Source: Methanomassiliicoccaceae archaeon | GTDB taxonomy: Archaea; Thermoplasmatota; Thermoplasmata; Methanomassiliicoccales; Methanomassiliicoccaceae | NCBI GenBank assembly: GCA_963728405.1 | Contig: CAVSJV010000003.1 | Location: forward strand, 1-64,000 | Direction of reading: 5' to 3' | DNA length: 64,000 nt | Shown: positions 1 through 10,755 of the stretch, piece after piece | Position numbering within the stretch: the first letter of the stretch is position 1 | How the letters are laid out: every line of letters starts with the position of its first letter | Position numbers and translations under genes: made by a program | The notes under the pieces: generated by a model | The model's database searches: none | What the model saw: the letters and a program-made list of their open reading frames with translations, nothing else | Told to the model about the DNA's origin: nothing

Positions 1-3000
1 CGATCGCCCACTGCACGAACGCGTTGAACGCGTCGGCGATCGCGTCGATGGCGTTCTTCACCGCCTGCGAGATCGCCGCGTTGATGTTGTTCAACGTGGC
101 GAGGAGATCGAGCCCGAGGTCGACGAGCGCCTCGCCGATAGCCACGATGAAGTTCGCGACCGTGATCACCAGTCCGTAGACGAAAGAGGTCACGGCGGTG
201 AACAGGAAGCGGAGCACGTTGCCAGCGTCGAGGTACTGCGGAGCCTCCCCCAATCCCGAGTTGGTCACATCGGCAGAAGCGACGCTGTTGAGCACATCCT
301 TTGGCAGATGCAGCAGATACACGTTCGAAGAATAGATCGTTACATTGTTGCCGATGCGCTCGTCCACCGCGTCGTGGGTCAGGTCTCCGAGCAGCAGCTC
401 GGCCTGCGCGCCGGACAATGGGACGGAGATGATCATGACGATGTTGCCCGAGCTGGTCGAGGTCGAGGCAATATCATAAAGCGTTGCGCCGGCGAGCATG
501 GTGCCGGACAGACGGTTCGTCAGGTCAGCGAACGTATGGTTGAGCTTCGATTCGAGCGCTATCGAACGAGGCAGCAAGATGGTGTTCAGGCCTGACGAGA
601 AGTGCGTGCTCGAGCTGGAGCAGGTGACGTACAGCACATACAGCTGTTGATCGGCATTATACCGGTACTCGCCGTACGAGATCTCCTCGAGACCGTAGTC
701 CGCATCGCCAGTGCCGTTGATGATGATGGTGTTCGTCCTCTCGCGGACGAACTTCTTCAGGACGATGGCCGAGTAGATGTCCGAACCGTAGTAGTTTAGA
801 TAGTTCACCGTCCAAGCGAAGGTCGGGCTGACGCACGTGCTCGTCCCGCTTATCCTGAGCAGCAGATCGTCGCCCAGCCAATTGCACGATGGGCTGTCCT
901 CCCAGGCCTGGATGTCCATACTGATCGAAGCAACATTGTCAGGGATGTCGATGTAGTACTTGAGATAAGGATTGTTGTTCGATAATGAGATCCTCTGAGT
1001 GGCGATGTCGTTGCCGTTGACGTGGATGACGAAAAAGAGACCGTTCGGCACGCTGTGGCCGGTGATGTCCATCGCATAGTTGATGTCGATTTCCAGGTAC
1101 CCGTCCCCGAGCACCCTGTCGACGTAATCGTTGAAGCCGTCGCCGTCCGTGTCCGCACATGTCGGATCGAGCTTCTCTCCGCACAGCGTATTGCCGATGA
1201 TCTCGTTTCGATCAGAGACGCCGTCGTTGTCGGTGTCCTGTAGCACAGGATTCGTGATCCAACCATCGGCGCCCATGTTCACTTCCTCGCCGTCGAGGAT
1301 ATTGTCGCTGTCCGTATCGGCGGCGAGCGGATTGGTCTTTCCGTCGATCTGCAGGCGGACATACTGCACCTGGCCGTCGCTTCCGGCCGAGTTCCAGTCG
1401 GCGACGTAGAAGTTGAACGTGCCGCCGCTGGCGTACTGCGACATCGTGTAGGTGCCGTCGATGGGCACGAAGCTCTCGAAGACGTTCGCGCCGCTGTTGG
1501 CGCGATAGTACAAGCACTGATGCGTGCTGATGCCATCCTTGTTCATCCAGATCTCGATGTCCTGGGCGCGGTCGGTGATGACCCCGACGTGGACCTTGAT
1601 GGACGAGATCCTCTCGATCGGTATCGCCGGTATGGTGATCGGGATGCACGGCCTTCCGCTGTTGCCGGCGCCGTTCGGTACGCGGTAGAACTGCTCCGAC
1701 GACCAGGTTTGCGACCACACCTCATTGCCGTCCATGAGGCCGTCGTTATCGGTATCAGCAACGGTCGGATTGGTCCCCGCACTAAGTTCTGCAGCGTCAT
1801 TCAGATTGTCCGAGTCGGTGTCTGCGGAGAATGGATCCAGTGCATAGATGTTGCCGGTCCTCGCCGCCTCGTATGCATCACCCAGACCGTCCCCGTCCGA
1901 GTCCACTGAGGAGAGCAGGTAATCGAAGCGGATGCCAGTTGAGGAGACAGTGAGCTGGACATTGATCTCGCATGCAAAGATGCAATCGAAATACTTCGAG
2001 GGGTCGAGGTTGAAGGTGACCTCGCGCCACTGCCCATCAGCGATGATGCTTGCCACCATATGGACCGCTGCCCCATCGTTCAGGTAAATGTTACCGGCAT
2101 GGGTGGCCATGTAACCGATGGTGATAGTGTAGATCTCACCGCTGACCGGACCATTGAGCAGGAAATCAGCATGACTGTTCAGTGATTGCCTGATCGTCCT
2201 TCCATCGATGGTGCTTCTCGAGCTCCAGTCACCATTATCCCAGACGCACATACCCAGCATATTGCCACCGATGTCCACATCATTCGAGCTACCCACATCC
2301 GAGGCGTATCTGGCCGGAGACATGAGGATCGATGACAGATTGTGGAGGGGTGACATGATCTTCAGGCGTACATTGAGACCCGCCGTGGTGGAAAGCGCAT
2401 CGTAATAGGAATCTTTGTTCAGGAGGATAACAGCCGATTGCCCCCATCTCTTCAGTGTGCCGAGGGAAATCCATGTGGAGGTCCCAGTCTGCTGCTGAAC
2501 CTCCATTCCATCGATTACATCCTGATAATCGAACCGGAGCAGGTACTGGATGTCAAGCTTAGGGATGTTAGCGAAGAGCGTTGCGCCTGAACTGCCGTTG
2601 AGAATCACGCCATCCTGGACCCAACCGCTCTCGGTTATCACGCCAGGGTAATGTTCAGGCGAGCCGAAGTCGGTCGTGTAGGAGTAACTTGTCGCCACGA
2701 TCCAGTGCAGGTAAAGGCTCTTGGAGAACATCAGCTTGACATTCACGCCCATGTTGCTAGAGGCATCATAGAACGCGTCACAGGGGATGATCACCGAGGC
2801 GGCCCTGGTGGCCGTCCGTCCGGGAAGTACCCCGACCTGGACCCAGCCGGCGCCATTGAAAACCGATACTCCGACATCCTCGGTCGAATAGTAGGTGAAG
2901 GTCACCAGATAGTTCGTGAACATCTGATAGGAATCGTAGATGTTGAACAAGGCGGTGGAGTTGACGCCACCTTCCTTCCGATAATCGGTCGGATTCGCAT

Positions 3001-6000
3001 CGGTCCATCCATCCAAGAGGGAGAAGCCCTGGGCGTTCTTGGTGCTGTCGCTGTCATTGGGGGTTCCTATCTGCAGGTCGAACCGATCTAAGGAAATCGA
3101 GGAGATCGAGACGGTCAGAGCATAGATCTTGAATCCCACCCCCGACTTGTGCTCCACCTCAAACACCCAGTAGCCGGTCGTGTCGATAGAATATTCAATG
3201 GTCTCGCCTACCCCCAGGCCAGTGCTGTTGGAACTGATCCTGAATTGACCGCTAGGGTTAAAGAGAGAAAGATCAAGATTGCAGTCGCCTGGCATTCCAA
3301 CGTTAACCTTGAGCCTCTGGCCGGCCAGGAGATAGATGCTGTAATAGTCACGAGCATCGGAGACGCCGTTTACTGACGAGGTATATGAGCCTGGTACCAC
3401 CTGCATGGGGCTCCCGAAATCGTTCCCTGCATCCCTGGAGCTGCCGCAGTCGTCGTAGGAGGGCGTGATGAACGTCGAGTCTTGGCTCGCCACCGATTTG
3501 CTCGAATTGGAGATCATCTCCGATCTGACCTGGAAATGATAGAGGGTGCCGTTGGTGAGGCCTGTTGCGTTGGCCCAATGGATGTATCCTCCCGTACCTG
3601 AATAAGTACTGGTATAGCTGCTGGTCGTTCCGGTCTTAAGCTCACCTGTACCATCAAAGTTGGTGTCCCATTTGACCATGGTCTGGGTCGGCGAGATGCG
3701 AGTGACGACTATGCCGGAGATGGTCATCGGTGACGTGCGGAATGACCCGAGCCCATATGCTGTCCCGTACCCATCTGCGGATTCGACTTTGAAGTAGTAG
3801 GTGGTATCATCGAGGAGTCCGACGATGTTGACGGAATGTGAGGTTACCCCGGAACCACTGGCTGTGCTCCCATATCCAGTCGTCAGACCATAGAATAGTG
3901 TGGAGCTCGCCGCATAGTTGGTCGTCCAGGTGATGGTCGCCGTGGACAGGGTCACCGAGGATTGAACGTTGCTCACGGTAAGATTAGTGGTGAATGCGAT
4001 GCCTGAAGAGAGGGCAGAGATGTTCGGACAGCCGTTCCAAGTCGAGAAGACCTTGAAAACGTAATCCGAATTCCTCGTCAGTCCCGTTATTACTACGGTG
4101 TGGTGGGTCGACGGCCCATTCGGATCTGAAGCGTTGGCATATGCCTGGTTGGCCCAGATGACTGGAGCCTGGGCCAGGCTACCTGCCGAGTACTGTACCG
4201 CCCCATAGGTGTCAATATTCGTGGTCCAGGTGACACTGACGGTCGTGCGATCGACGTAGGAGTAGGAAATAGAACTGATGGTTACGGTAGGAATGTTGAA
4301 TGAGAAAGATGGAGGCCCGGACACCTGATATACGCCATTCCACTCGGACTTCAACTGATAATAGTAGTTCGTGTTCGGCTGGAGGTTCGTCAGGGTGATC
4401 ACATGCTCGGTGACGTTGTTCTGGTCCTGTGCCCTGTACATGGAATGATCGATCAGGTGGTTGCTGTTGTGCAGATCGTATGCTATGACGGAAGATGATG
4501 AATGGTCCGTGGACCAATAGATGGCGATGCTCGTCGCGTTGATGTAAAGGACATGGACATTGGAAATGGTCAAACTGATATTGAATGATCGCTGACCGCT
4601 GTCCAACGGAAAGAAGCTGTAACCAACAACAGGCATCGAATACGCCGTATAATGGTAGAGCCCACAAAGACCCAAATTCGACAGAACGACGGAATGATTG
4701 TAGCCGAGGTCTCCGGAAACTGAGCCCTGGCCATGGTGGTCCTCATAGTGCTCGTAATCGACATCGGTTGTCCCGTTATAGTTCGTCGTCCAGGTGATGA
4801 GCACCGTGAAATCATCCCGTACCAGGGCGCTCACATTGAATAGCTGATATTCCTGGGTGACGATGCTGTTACCAGAGCCCTCGGGGGTTGTAAGGGTCTC
4901 TATCGGGCTGGCAATAGTCGTAGAAGAAGCCCAATAGTAGTATCGAGTATCTTCCTCAAGATTTCCAATAACGACCGAATGGTGGATTCCAGACTCGCCG
5001 GTCGCAGTATCACTTGGATTTGATGAATATTGACCATAGAATAAAGTGGTCGTGGCAGCTTTATTGGTATCCCAGGTTATTTGGATCGAGTCCGCGCCTA
5101 GCACCGTGGCGGTGAGGTTCGATATCACTATGGAGAATGTCGTGAAAACTCCGGTGAAATAATTAGTGTAAGTGTCACCGTCGTCCCAATACTCTGCCCG
5201 AATCCTATAGTGGTATTCGGTTTCGGGCGATAGGCCGGTGAGAGTGGCAGTGAAACCACGGTCACCAACGTGTTGAGCCGATGCCTGATAGCCGTAAGCG
5301 GTGGTAGGTCCATAGTCCAGGAAGCAAGAGCATTGATCCAGATTCGTTGTCCAGTTAATTTTTGCAGAGTATGTGCTCCGATCAACGGTCACATCCTGAG
5401 CGCGTACATTGGTGCTAATATTGTAGGTCTGGCTGTTGTACGATGCGTCATAGCTTGCCGAGTGGACATAGTAGCGGTAAACGGTGCTCGGATTCAGCGG
5501 CGCTAGAAGATAGATGTTGACGTCTACATAGTGATAATTCCAATTGCCATCGTCCGCGTAAGGAACGATTGGGGAACCAGTTCCAACGTACAACAGATCG
5601 TTTTGGCAGTTCGGTTGAGTTTTCCAATATACCCTGAAGGAATTGATGGATGTGGCTTCGGCATGGAGATCGTATATTAGCAGGGTCTGGACCGATCCAT
5701 TGATCTCGGCCGTTCTGGTAGTGTCGCTAACTAGCCTTGAGTGGACCCGGTAGTAATATGTCGTTGCATGGGCAAGATTTTCAACTTTGAGGAAATGTGC
5801 GGTTCCATTGTTGCCCATGAAATGGAGATTGAGATTACTTGGAGATAGGCCGCAAAATATCTCCGTGGTTGCCTCCCTGTTAGTTTGCCATGAGAATTCC
5901 AGCGTCCCACTGATGGTGGCATTTTCCGGTGCTACCACCACTAGTTGTTGAATAATCAGTATAGGTGTCTGGAAGGATGAGTTGAAGTAAACCGTGAATA

Positions 6001-8344
6001 CGGGAGTACTCGTCGAAGATGCCTGAACACAGTAGTAGTATGGTGTATTATCTGTTAATCCTGAAAGGGCCACGGAATGCGTCAATCCTCCTCCGGACGT
6101 GGAAACGGACGAAGAAAGACCCAAAGAGGGCGTAGTCCCATAATTGAATGTGCAGTTCGCCCCAGCGGTTGTTAACCATGAAATTTGTGCCGAAGTTGCT
6201 CCCGGGACCGAGCTGACATTTGTAACGCTAAGATCGAGAGTGGCCAAGCTTCCAGAATATCTGCAATAGCAATTAGTATCCTGATAATATCTAGCCGTAA
6301 TTCTGAATTGATATATAGTGCCTTTCTGTAGTCCGGTAAGAGAGGTAGAGTGGGTCAAGCCATTGGCAGAGGAGCTTACAGTAGATGTTGAACCATATGA
6401 TGTCGTGAGTCCATACTCGAAAGTGCAGGTGCATCTGCAATTGGTGCTCCAGGATATGGACGCCGTGAGATAGGAGGGGGTAAGGATTACCGAAGATACG
6501 TTAACGTTCGAGTACAGGTTGTAGGTCGAGCTGTATAGATAAATTATTACATTTCTAGACTTGAGCTGGAATACTTACCAAGTATTTTGGTTGAGATCAT
6601 TCAGCGTACTAACATGGTAAGTGTTGTTCGACGGGTTGGTTGCGGTTTGGGTTCTCTCACTTACTGAGTTGACACCATATTTGATCGAGTTCGATGTCGA
6701 ACCGAAAGTCGTGTACCACGATATGGTCGCTGACCGCGTCGAAGGGTTCAGCGTGACCACGATGTCGTAGAAGCCATTGTCGGTGCTGCTTGTCGTTGCC
6801 ATCATCGACATCGATGAATAGTATTCTTCGAGAACCGGTTCATCGATTCCACGGTAGTAGTTCAGATTCTGTTCCACTTTAGCAATTGTGGCTGATGATC
6901 GGACATCGAGCAGGTTGAATAGATATGGGTTCCCAGCATCTCCTTTGAGCATCTCCAGAACGTAATCTATGGAGGAAACGGTTAGCTCAATGTTCTTCTC
7001 GCGTATGGCCTCGGCTATCGAAACTACGTCGGTGACAAGATTGCTCTTCGATATCTCCACATCGATGAACATCGAGGGATCTTGGTTCTCCAGCCAAAGG
7101 ATCAGCCTTGCTAGATTGGGCTGTTCGAACGTGACATCTTTCTTGAAATAGAGCTCGCTCTCCCCATTGGTCGATTGCTCCCACATGCAGACAATATCGT
7201 GCTGACCATACTGAGCAAGAGTCGGGTTTGTTGAATTGCCACACTTCGTTATATCGAATTTGCTCGATAGAATATACCCTGCCGTATCGATCTCTATTCC
7301 AGAGATTAATCGGTCAAGCCCCCTCAATCCCTCCCAAGCAAGGAAATATTTGGCCCCATTCGAAATGAAGGTCAGATCGGAAATAACACAACTCGTCTGT
7401 AGGATTTCGGAGAATGCCCAGATGGATGAGCGCCCCTGCAGATACCCATAATTGATGGTGGACGTATTGCCGAGAACTTTCGTGTAAAAGGCGAAAGGTT
7501 TACCCTCCCTGGAGCCAAGTTGCAGGTCCCTAATTTGGCCATCATCGATTGTCCATACGCCCGCTGGCTGACTCAGGATGAAGCCTTCATAGTCAATGGA
7601 TCCATAGACAATGGAGCGCTGGTTGTATCCTGCTATCAACATAAAATGTAGTGCTGCTGCATCTCCGGTCAAACGCGCATAGGATTCTGGTACCTCCATA
7701 CCAAATATTGCAACTCCAGAGGATAGTGAGCCGTCAATGATCTCGAACTTTATCACAACGAACTGGTTCTTCGAATCGATACTACTAATGACTCCCAGGT
7801 AGAGCGAACCACCGTGGATGACCGCTCCAGCAATGTACCCAGCACAAACGAGCATTACCTGGCTCCAGTTCTTTCCACCATCGTCGGAAAAGATGGTGTA
7901 GATGCTCATTGAATCGGTATTGCTCTGCTTTCCTTCGAACACGATGGCCCGATCATCATCGTCATCGGAACAGATCATATGGACCTCATCGATCTGATCA
8001 AAGTATGGAGATAGGGCTCGGTCGGAGGAGAACGTTCTGGCCTTATCTATCGATGATTTCCATTTTATCGACATACCAAGATCGCTATCATCTATCCATG
8101 CGACGTTGATGTCACCATTATAAGAATTGGAGGAGGAGGGGTGATGTGCGGATTTATCCGAGAGAGTTAAACTGCGGGGCACGTCCCAATCCGAGTCCCC
8201 TGCTTTCAACTTCTTTATGATCATGTCCTCGGGCGTCGATTCGCTCACATTGGCCGTGACGACCTGGAATGTGGTCATTAACAGGACGAATACGCACACT
8301 ATGCTGAGCAGCCTTACGGCTAGTTTTTTCGAGCTTGGGCTCAT
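1..8344 (-). CDS. Giant secreted/surface protein (>2780 codons, 3'-partial): signal peptide, BNR/propeller-like N-terminus, 12 FN3-like repeats, PPC domain, beta-sandwich modules, DxDxDG repeats, amphipathic C-terminal helices; one in-frame TAA at 6575-6577
   Basis: ORF 6575-8344 (MSPSSKKLAVRLLSIVCVFVLLM.., SDDGGKNWS Asp-box) continues in the same frame past the TAA (NTW*VFQLKSR...). The frame was read by hand over large parts and still encodes protein at position 2 (..KNAIDAIADAFNAFVQWAI). The ORF track lists no long ORF in this frame, as expected if it runs off the edge without a stop. Confidence 0.85.
1125..1905 (-). repeat. Six thrombospondin type-3-like/binary-toxin-like Ca-binding motifs (DxDxD[GN]) in two groups of three, around an inserted domain
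   Basis: DSDGDGLGD, DTDSDNLND, DTDNDGLMD, then a ~135-aa insert, then DTDSDNILD, DTDNDGVSD, DTDGDGFND, with TNP/LDP linkers. Confidence 0.8.
3430..6780 (-). repeat. 12 tandem ~90-95 aa FN3/purple-acid-phosphatase-N-terminal-like protein repeats
   Basis: Recurring motifs I-x-W-x-T-N (ATISWYTT, ASISWSTN, AQISWLTT, LEFSWQTN, FRVYWKTQ, AKINWTTN, IQITWDTN, VLITWTTN, IAIYWSTD, VSVTWTTN, ATITWTTN, TMVKWDTN) and H-x-V-x-L-x-x-L-x-x-x-T-x-Y, spaced ~265-300 nt. Divergent at DNA level. Confidence 0.8.
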
Positions 8345-8689
8345 TTAGACTCTCCCCTAACTTCTCCCGTTCCCAGGGTAGAGAATTTATTATATATATA
8401 TTTTTATTAGGATTCTGCTCGTGACCATTAGAACAGGAAAATGAGGGTATCGAATAGGGACTGGCATTCAATCTTTGGCAGTCATTAAGGGCAGCCCAAG
8501 ATGATGAACACGTTCAACTTAATGACCGATAGCATTGCATTACCGTGTTTATTTGCCGTGTTGAAAGAGGTCGTCCCGCCCCCATACGATTTTTTCATAA
8601 TACTAGTACGGGTCTCTCAAGGTTCGACTCGAACCGTTCAACGTGGGTCATCATCGTGTGGTAATATTGCTCTTAGCAAATACCGTCAT

Positions 8690-8980
8690 CCATGGACAGA
8701 ACAACACCGATCTCCAGGTCCGATCCTGGTCCATCGATCAGTCGTACTCTGGACCGACGACGTTCACCGTGACGGTCAGGAACATGGCAGCGGATAGATA
8801 TCGTGCGATGTGATCGTGCCCCCGCCCGCTTCGGGCGGATGGTCTCAGAGCTACCATAGCACGCAAGCAATCACGTTGGATGCCGGGCAAGGGTCGCAGA
8901 CCACCACCATCATCGTCGACACGCCTTTCGGCACGAGTGTCACCAAGAGCATGTGCCAAGTGACCGTCAATGGCGCTTAA
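8690..8980 (+). pseudogene. Degenerate fragment of a small secreted beta-sandwich (CARDB-like) protein
   Basis: Two protein-like segments in different frames (NNTDLQVRSWSIDQSYSGPTTFTVTVRN; QSYHSTQAITLDAGQGSQTTTIIVDTPFGTSVTKSMCQVTVNGA*), followed by a T-rich tract at 8989-9001. Confidence 0.4.
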
Positions 8981-9129
8981 GCTAAACCCTTTTTTCTTTT
9001 TGAAATTAACTAACCTTGGGTACATATCGCGGGAGTCTTTCGCTTTATGTTAGCCAATGTCGATCAGTCCTCTAAAAGCACAGCTTCCTCGCCCCAACAG
9101 GCTGGAAAAAGCGAACAAGATCACTCGTA

Positions 9130-9360
9130 ATATGTCTCTCTAATCATGAGTCTTCAGAGACGGAAAAAAAGACACATAATATTGTCGCCTGGCTATTGAA
9201 ATATTCAATTCATCGTCTCTTCGTCTTTTTTCCGTCTCAAAGATGAGAGGATGCAGACGAATGAGAAAACCCTCATTTTTCAATTCAAATTGCTCTTCGT
9301 TTGTTCGTCTTTCTCTTCAGGCTAGTGTCATCAATAAAAGTAGTCCTAGGAGATCAGTCT
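9130..9360. repeat. AT-rich patch with a 16/17-bp inverted repeat and about ten GTCT/AGAC motifs
   Basis: GAGACGGAAAAAAAGAC (~9157-9173) versus GTCTTTTTTCCGTCTC (~9223-9238), differing by one A/T in the run. Internal palindrome ATTGAA-ATA-TTCAAT. Repeated CGTCT/AGACG. Confidence 0.6.
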
Positions 9361-9481
9361 TAAGCAAAGAAGAGCCAAGAAAATTACTCACCCTGACACT
9401 AATATCCTATGGGGGGCGCCTTAAGTCAAAAATGCCGCTTACCAATCATCAAAGGAACGATCTTCGTTTTTATTGACATGA

Positions 9482-10151
9482 TCATTCATAGGGTCCATGT
9501 AATCTCACTTGTTTCTTTCCGCTACCATCGGCGATATCCATGGTCCTCGCCGCTTTTAGGTAAGTGCTCAAAGCCTCGACCATCGCTTGCTTGTCTTCCT
9601 TGTAACAAGCCACCCGCTCTAGTGAGGTTACGAACCGACCGCTCAGGATGCGTCTCATCGCCGCGGGGGATTCGGAAATGATCGTTCTAAGAGCTTCGTA
9701 CTCCTCGCTCGTCAGCTTGATATCGAAGGCATCGAGAACGCCCAGCAGATGTTCCATGACCGCACCTAACGCCACAGTCTGACCGTAGCGCGAGTTGATC
9801 AGAAATGAGTCGGTGTTCTTGAGAAGATAAGCAATCGTCTTCATTACTTTCTTCGGATCGGACGATGGCAATTGGTAATGAGGCGTCCTTGTTACCGAGG
9901 ATGACCGGGGCGGTCGTGCTTGAATGGCTTCCAACATTCCGTCCGCTAGCAACGCCTGGCAGGCGTCCGATACCGCCGGTCTGGACGGCTCGACATAATC
10001 AGCCTCTTGACCGCCTTTGGAAGTGAACTTCATGATGTCCACCGTCCACATCTTCCTCACCAGTCGGGAGACGTTGAGCGGCCGGTTGTCGTTGTTGAGG
10101 AAGACTAGGAGAAACGTTGAGCTTGGTCGAGAGGCTGGCGCTCCGGGTCAT
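9482..10151 (-). CDS. Winged-helix DNA-binding protein (one apparent indel near 10112)
   Basis: Removing one T from AACGTTTCTC joins MTRSASLSTKLNVLLVFLNNDNRPLNVSRL to ORF 9482-10060. SRPAVSDACQALLADGMLE...TPHYQL fits a recognition helix plus wing. Confidence 0.55.
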
Positions 10152-10268
10152 CGTCGGTTGATGAGGATGCTAGTCGAAAAGAGTTACTATGGAAGAATAA
10201 GCGCTCTAAATCTTCCGCTTTGTCAGCAGCTATGTCCTCATGATCGATCACATGGCTGGAGGTAAAAA

Positions 10269-10424
10269 ATGTCCTCAAGAAAGATCGGCAAGATGTTGAC
10301 GGAGCTGGAAGAGGCCCTAGTCGAAGAAGGCGCGGACGAGAGCGAGGTGGAAAAGGCACTCGACTCGTTCGAAGAAGAGATCGACGCTCTGCTCGACGAG
10401 ACGGAAGAGACTGTTTCAGAGTGA
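10269..10424 (+). CDS. Small, very acidic protein (51 aa), not in the ORF track
   Basis: GGAGGT RBS 6 nt upstream of ATG. MSSRKIGKMLTELEEALVEEGADESEVEKALDSFEEEIDALLDETEETVSE* (19 D/E). Hairpin and T-tract follow directly. Confidence 0.75.
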   Translation: MSSRKIGKMLTELEEALVEEGADESEVEKALDSFEEEIDALLDETEETVSE

Positions 10425-10437
10425 TCAAACCATTTCC

Positions 10438-10462
10438 ACCCGGCCAAGCCGGGTTTTCTTTT
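10438..10462 (+). terminator. Hairpin plus T-tract terminator
   Basis: ACCCGGC-CAA-GCCGGGT followed by TTTCTTTT. Confidence 0.65.
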
Positions 10463-10470
10463 CCAATGAC

Positions 10471-10488
10471 AACTCGCAACTGTGAGTT
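10471..10488. promoter_or_regulatory. 18-bp palindromic operator-like site, copy 1
   Basis: AACTCGCA-AC-TGTGAGTT (7 of 8 arm positions complementary). Confidence 0.55.
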
Positions 10489-10573
10489 GAGCTCGCGCGC
10501 TTGAGCACACGATAAAAAGGGTAGCAATGGGGCAGGAGAGAGGTGGGAAAATTGAGCAAAAGACGGGGGAAGC

Positions 10574-10591
10574 AACTCGCACATGCGAGTT
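10574..10591. promoter_or_regulatory. 18-bp palindromic operator-like site, copy 2
   Basis: AACTCGCA-CA-TGCGAGTT (perfect 8-bp arms), 103 bp from copy 1. Confidence 0.6.
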
Positions 10592-10755
10592 ACTGGCCAG
10601 CCGAAAAGTTAAGTAGCCGACGGCCCCATTCTTCGCCGAAAGCAAGGATATTGCCGAAAGGTAAACAACTTGCCTTCGGGGCTTCCCACAACGGTCGAAA
10701 GAAAGTAGCTAGGGATCGGGAAGGAAGCCTCCGCGATAGCCACCGAGGAAAGACC

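Noticed and set aside
6575-6577. Pyrrolysine readthrough in the giant gene
   Set aside because: The codon is TAA, not TAG.
8621-8645. GGTTCGACTCGAACC palindrome resembling a tRNA T-arm, a possible second att site
   Set aside because: Only ~10 of 11 nt match the tRNA-Val T-loop and there is no acceptor-stem match; too short to call an att site.
10465-10730. Cobalamin riboswitch (CGCAACTGT and GGGAAGG fragments)
   Set aside because: The other conserved elements (AGGGAA..GGTG, GCCACTG, terminal AGYCAG box) are missing or out of order, and the downstream gene is an integrase.
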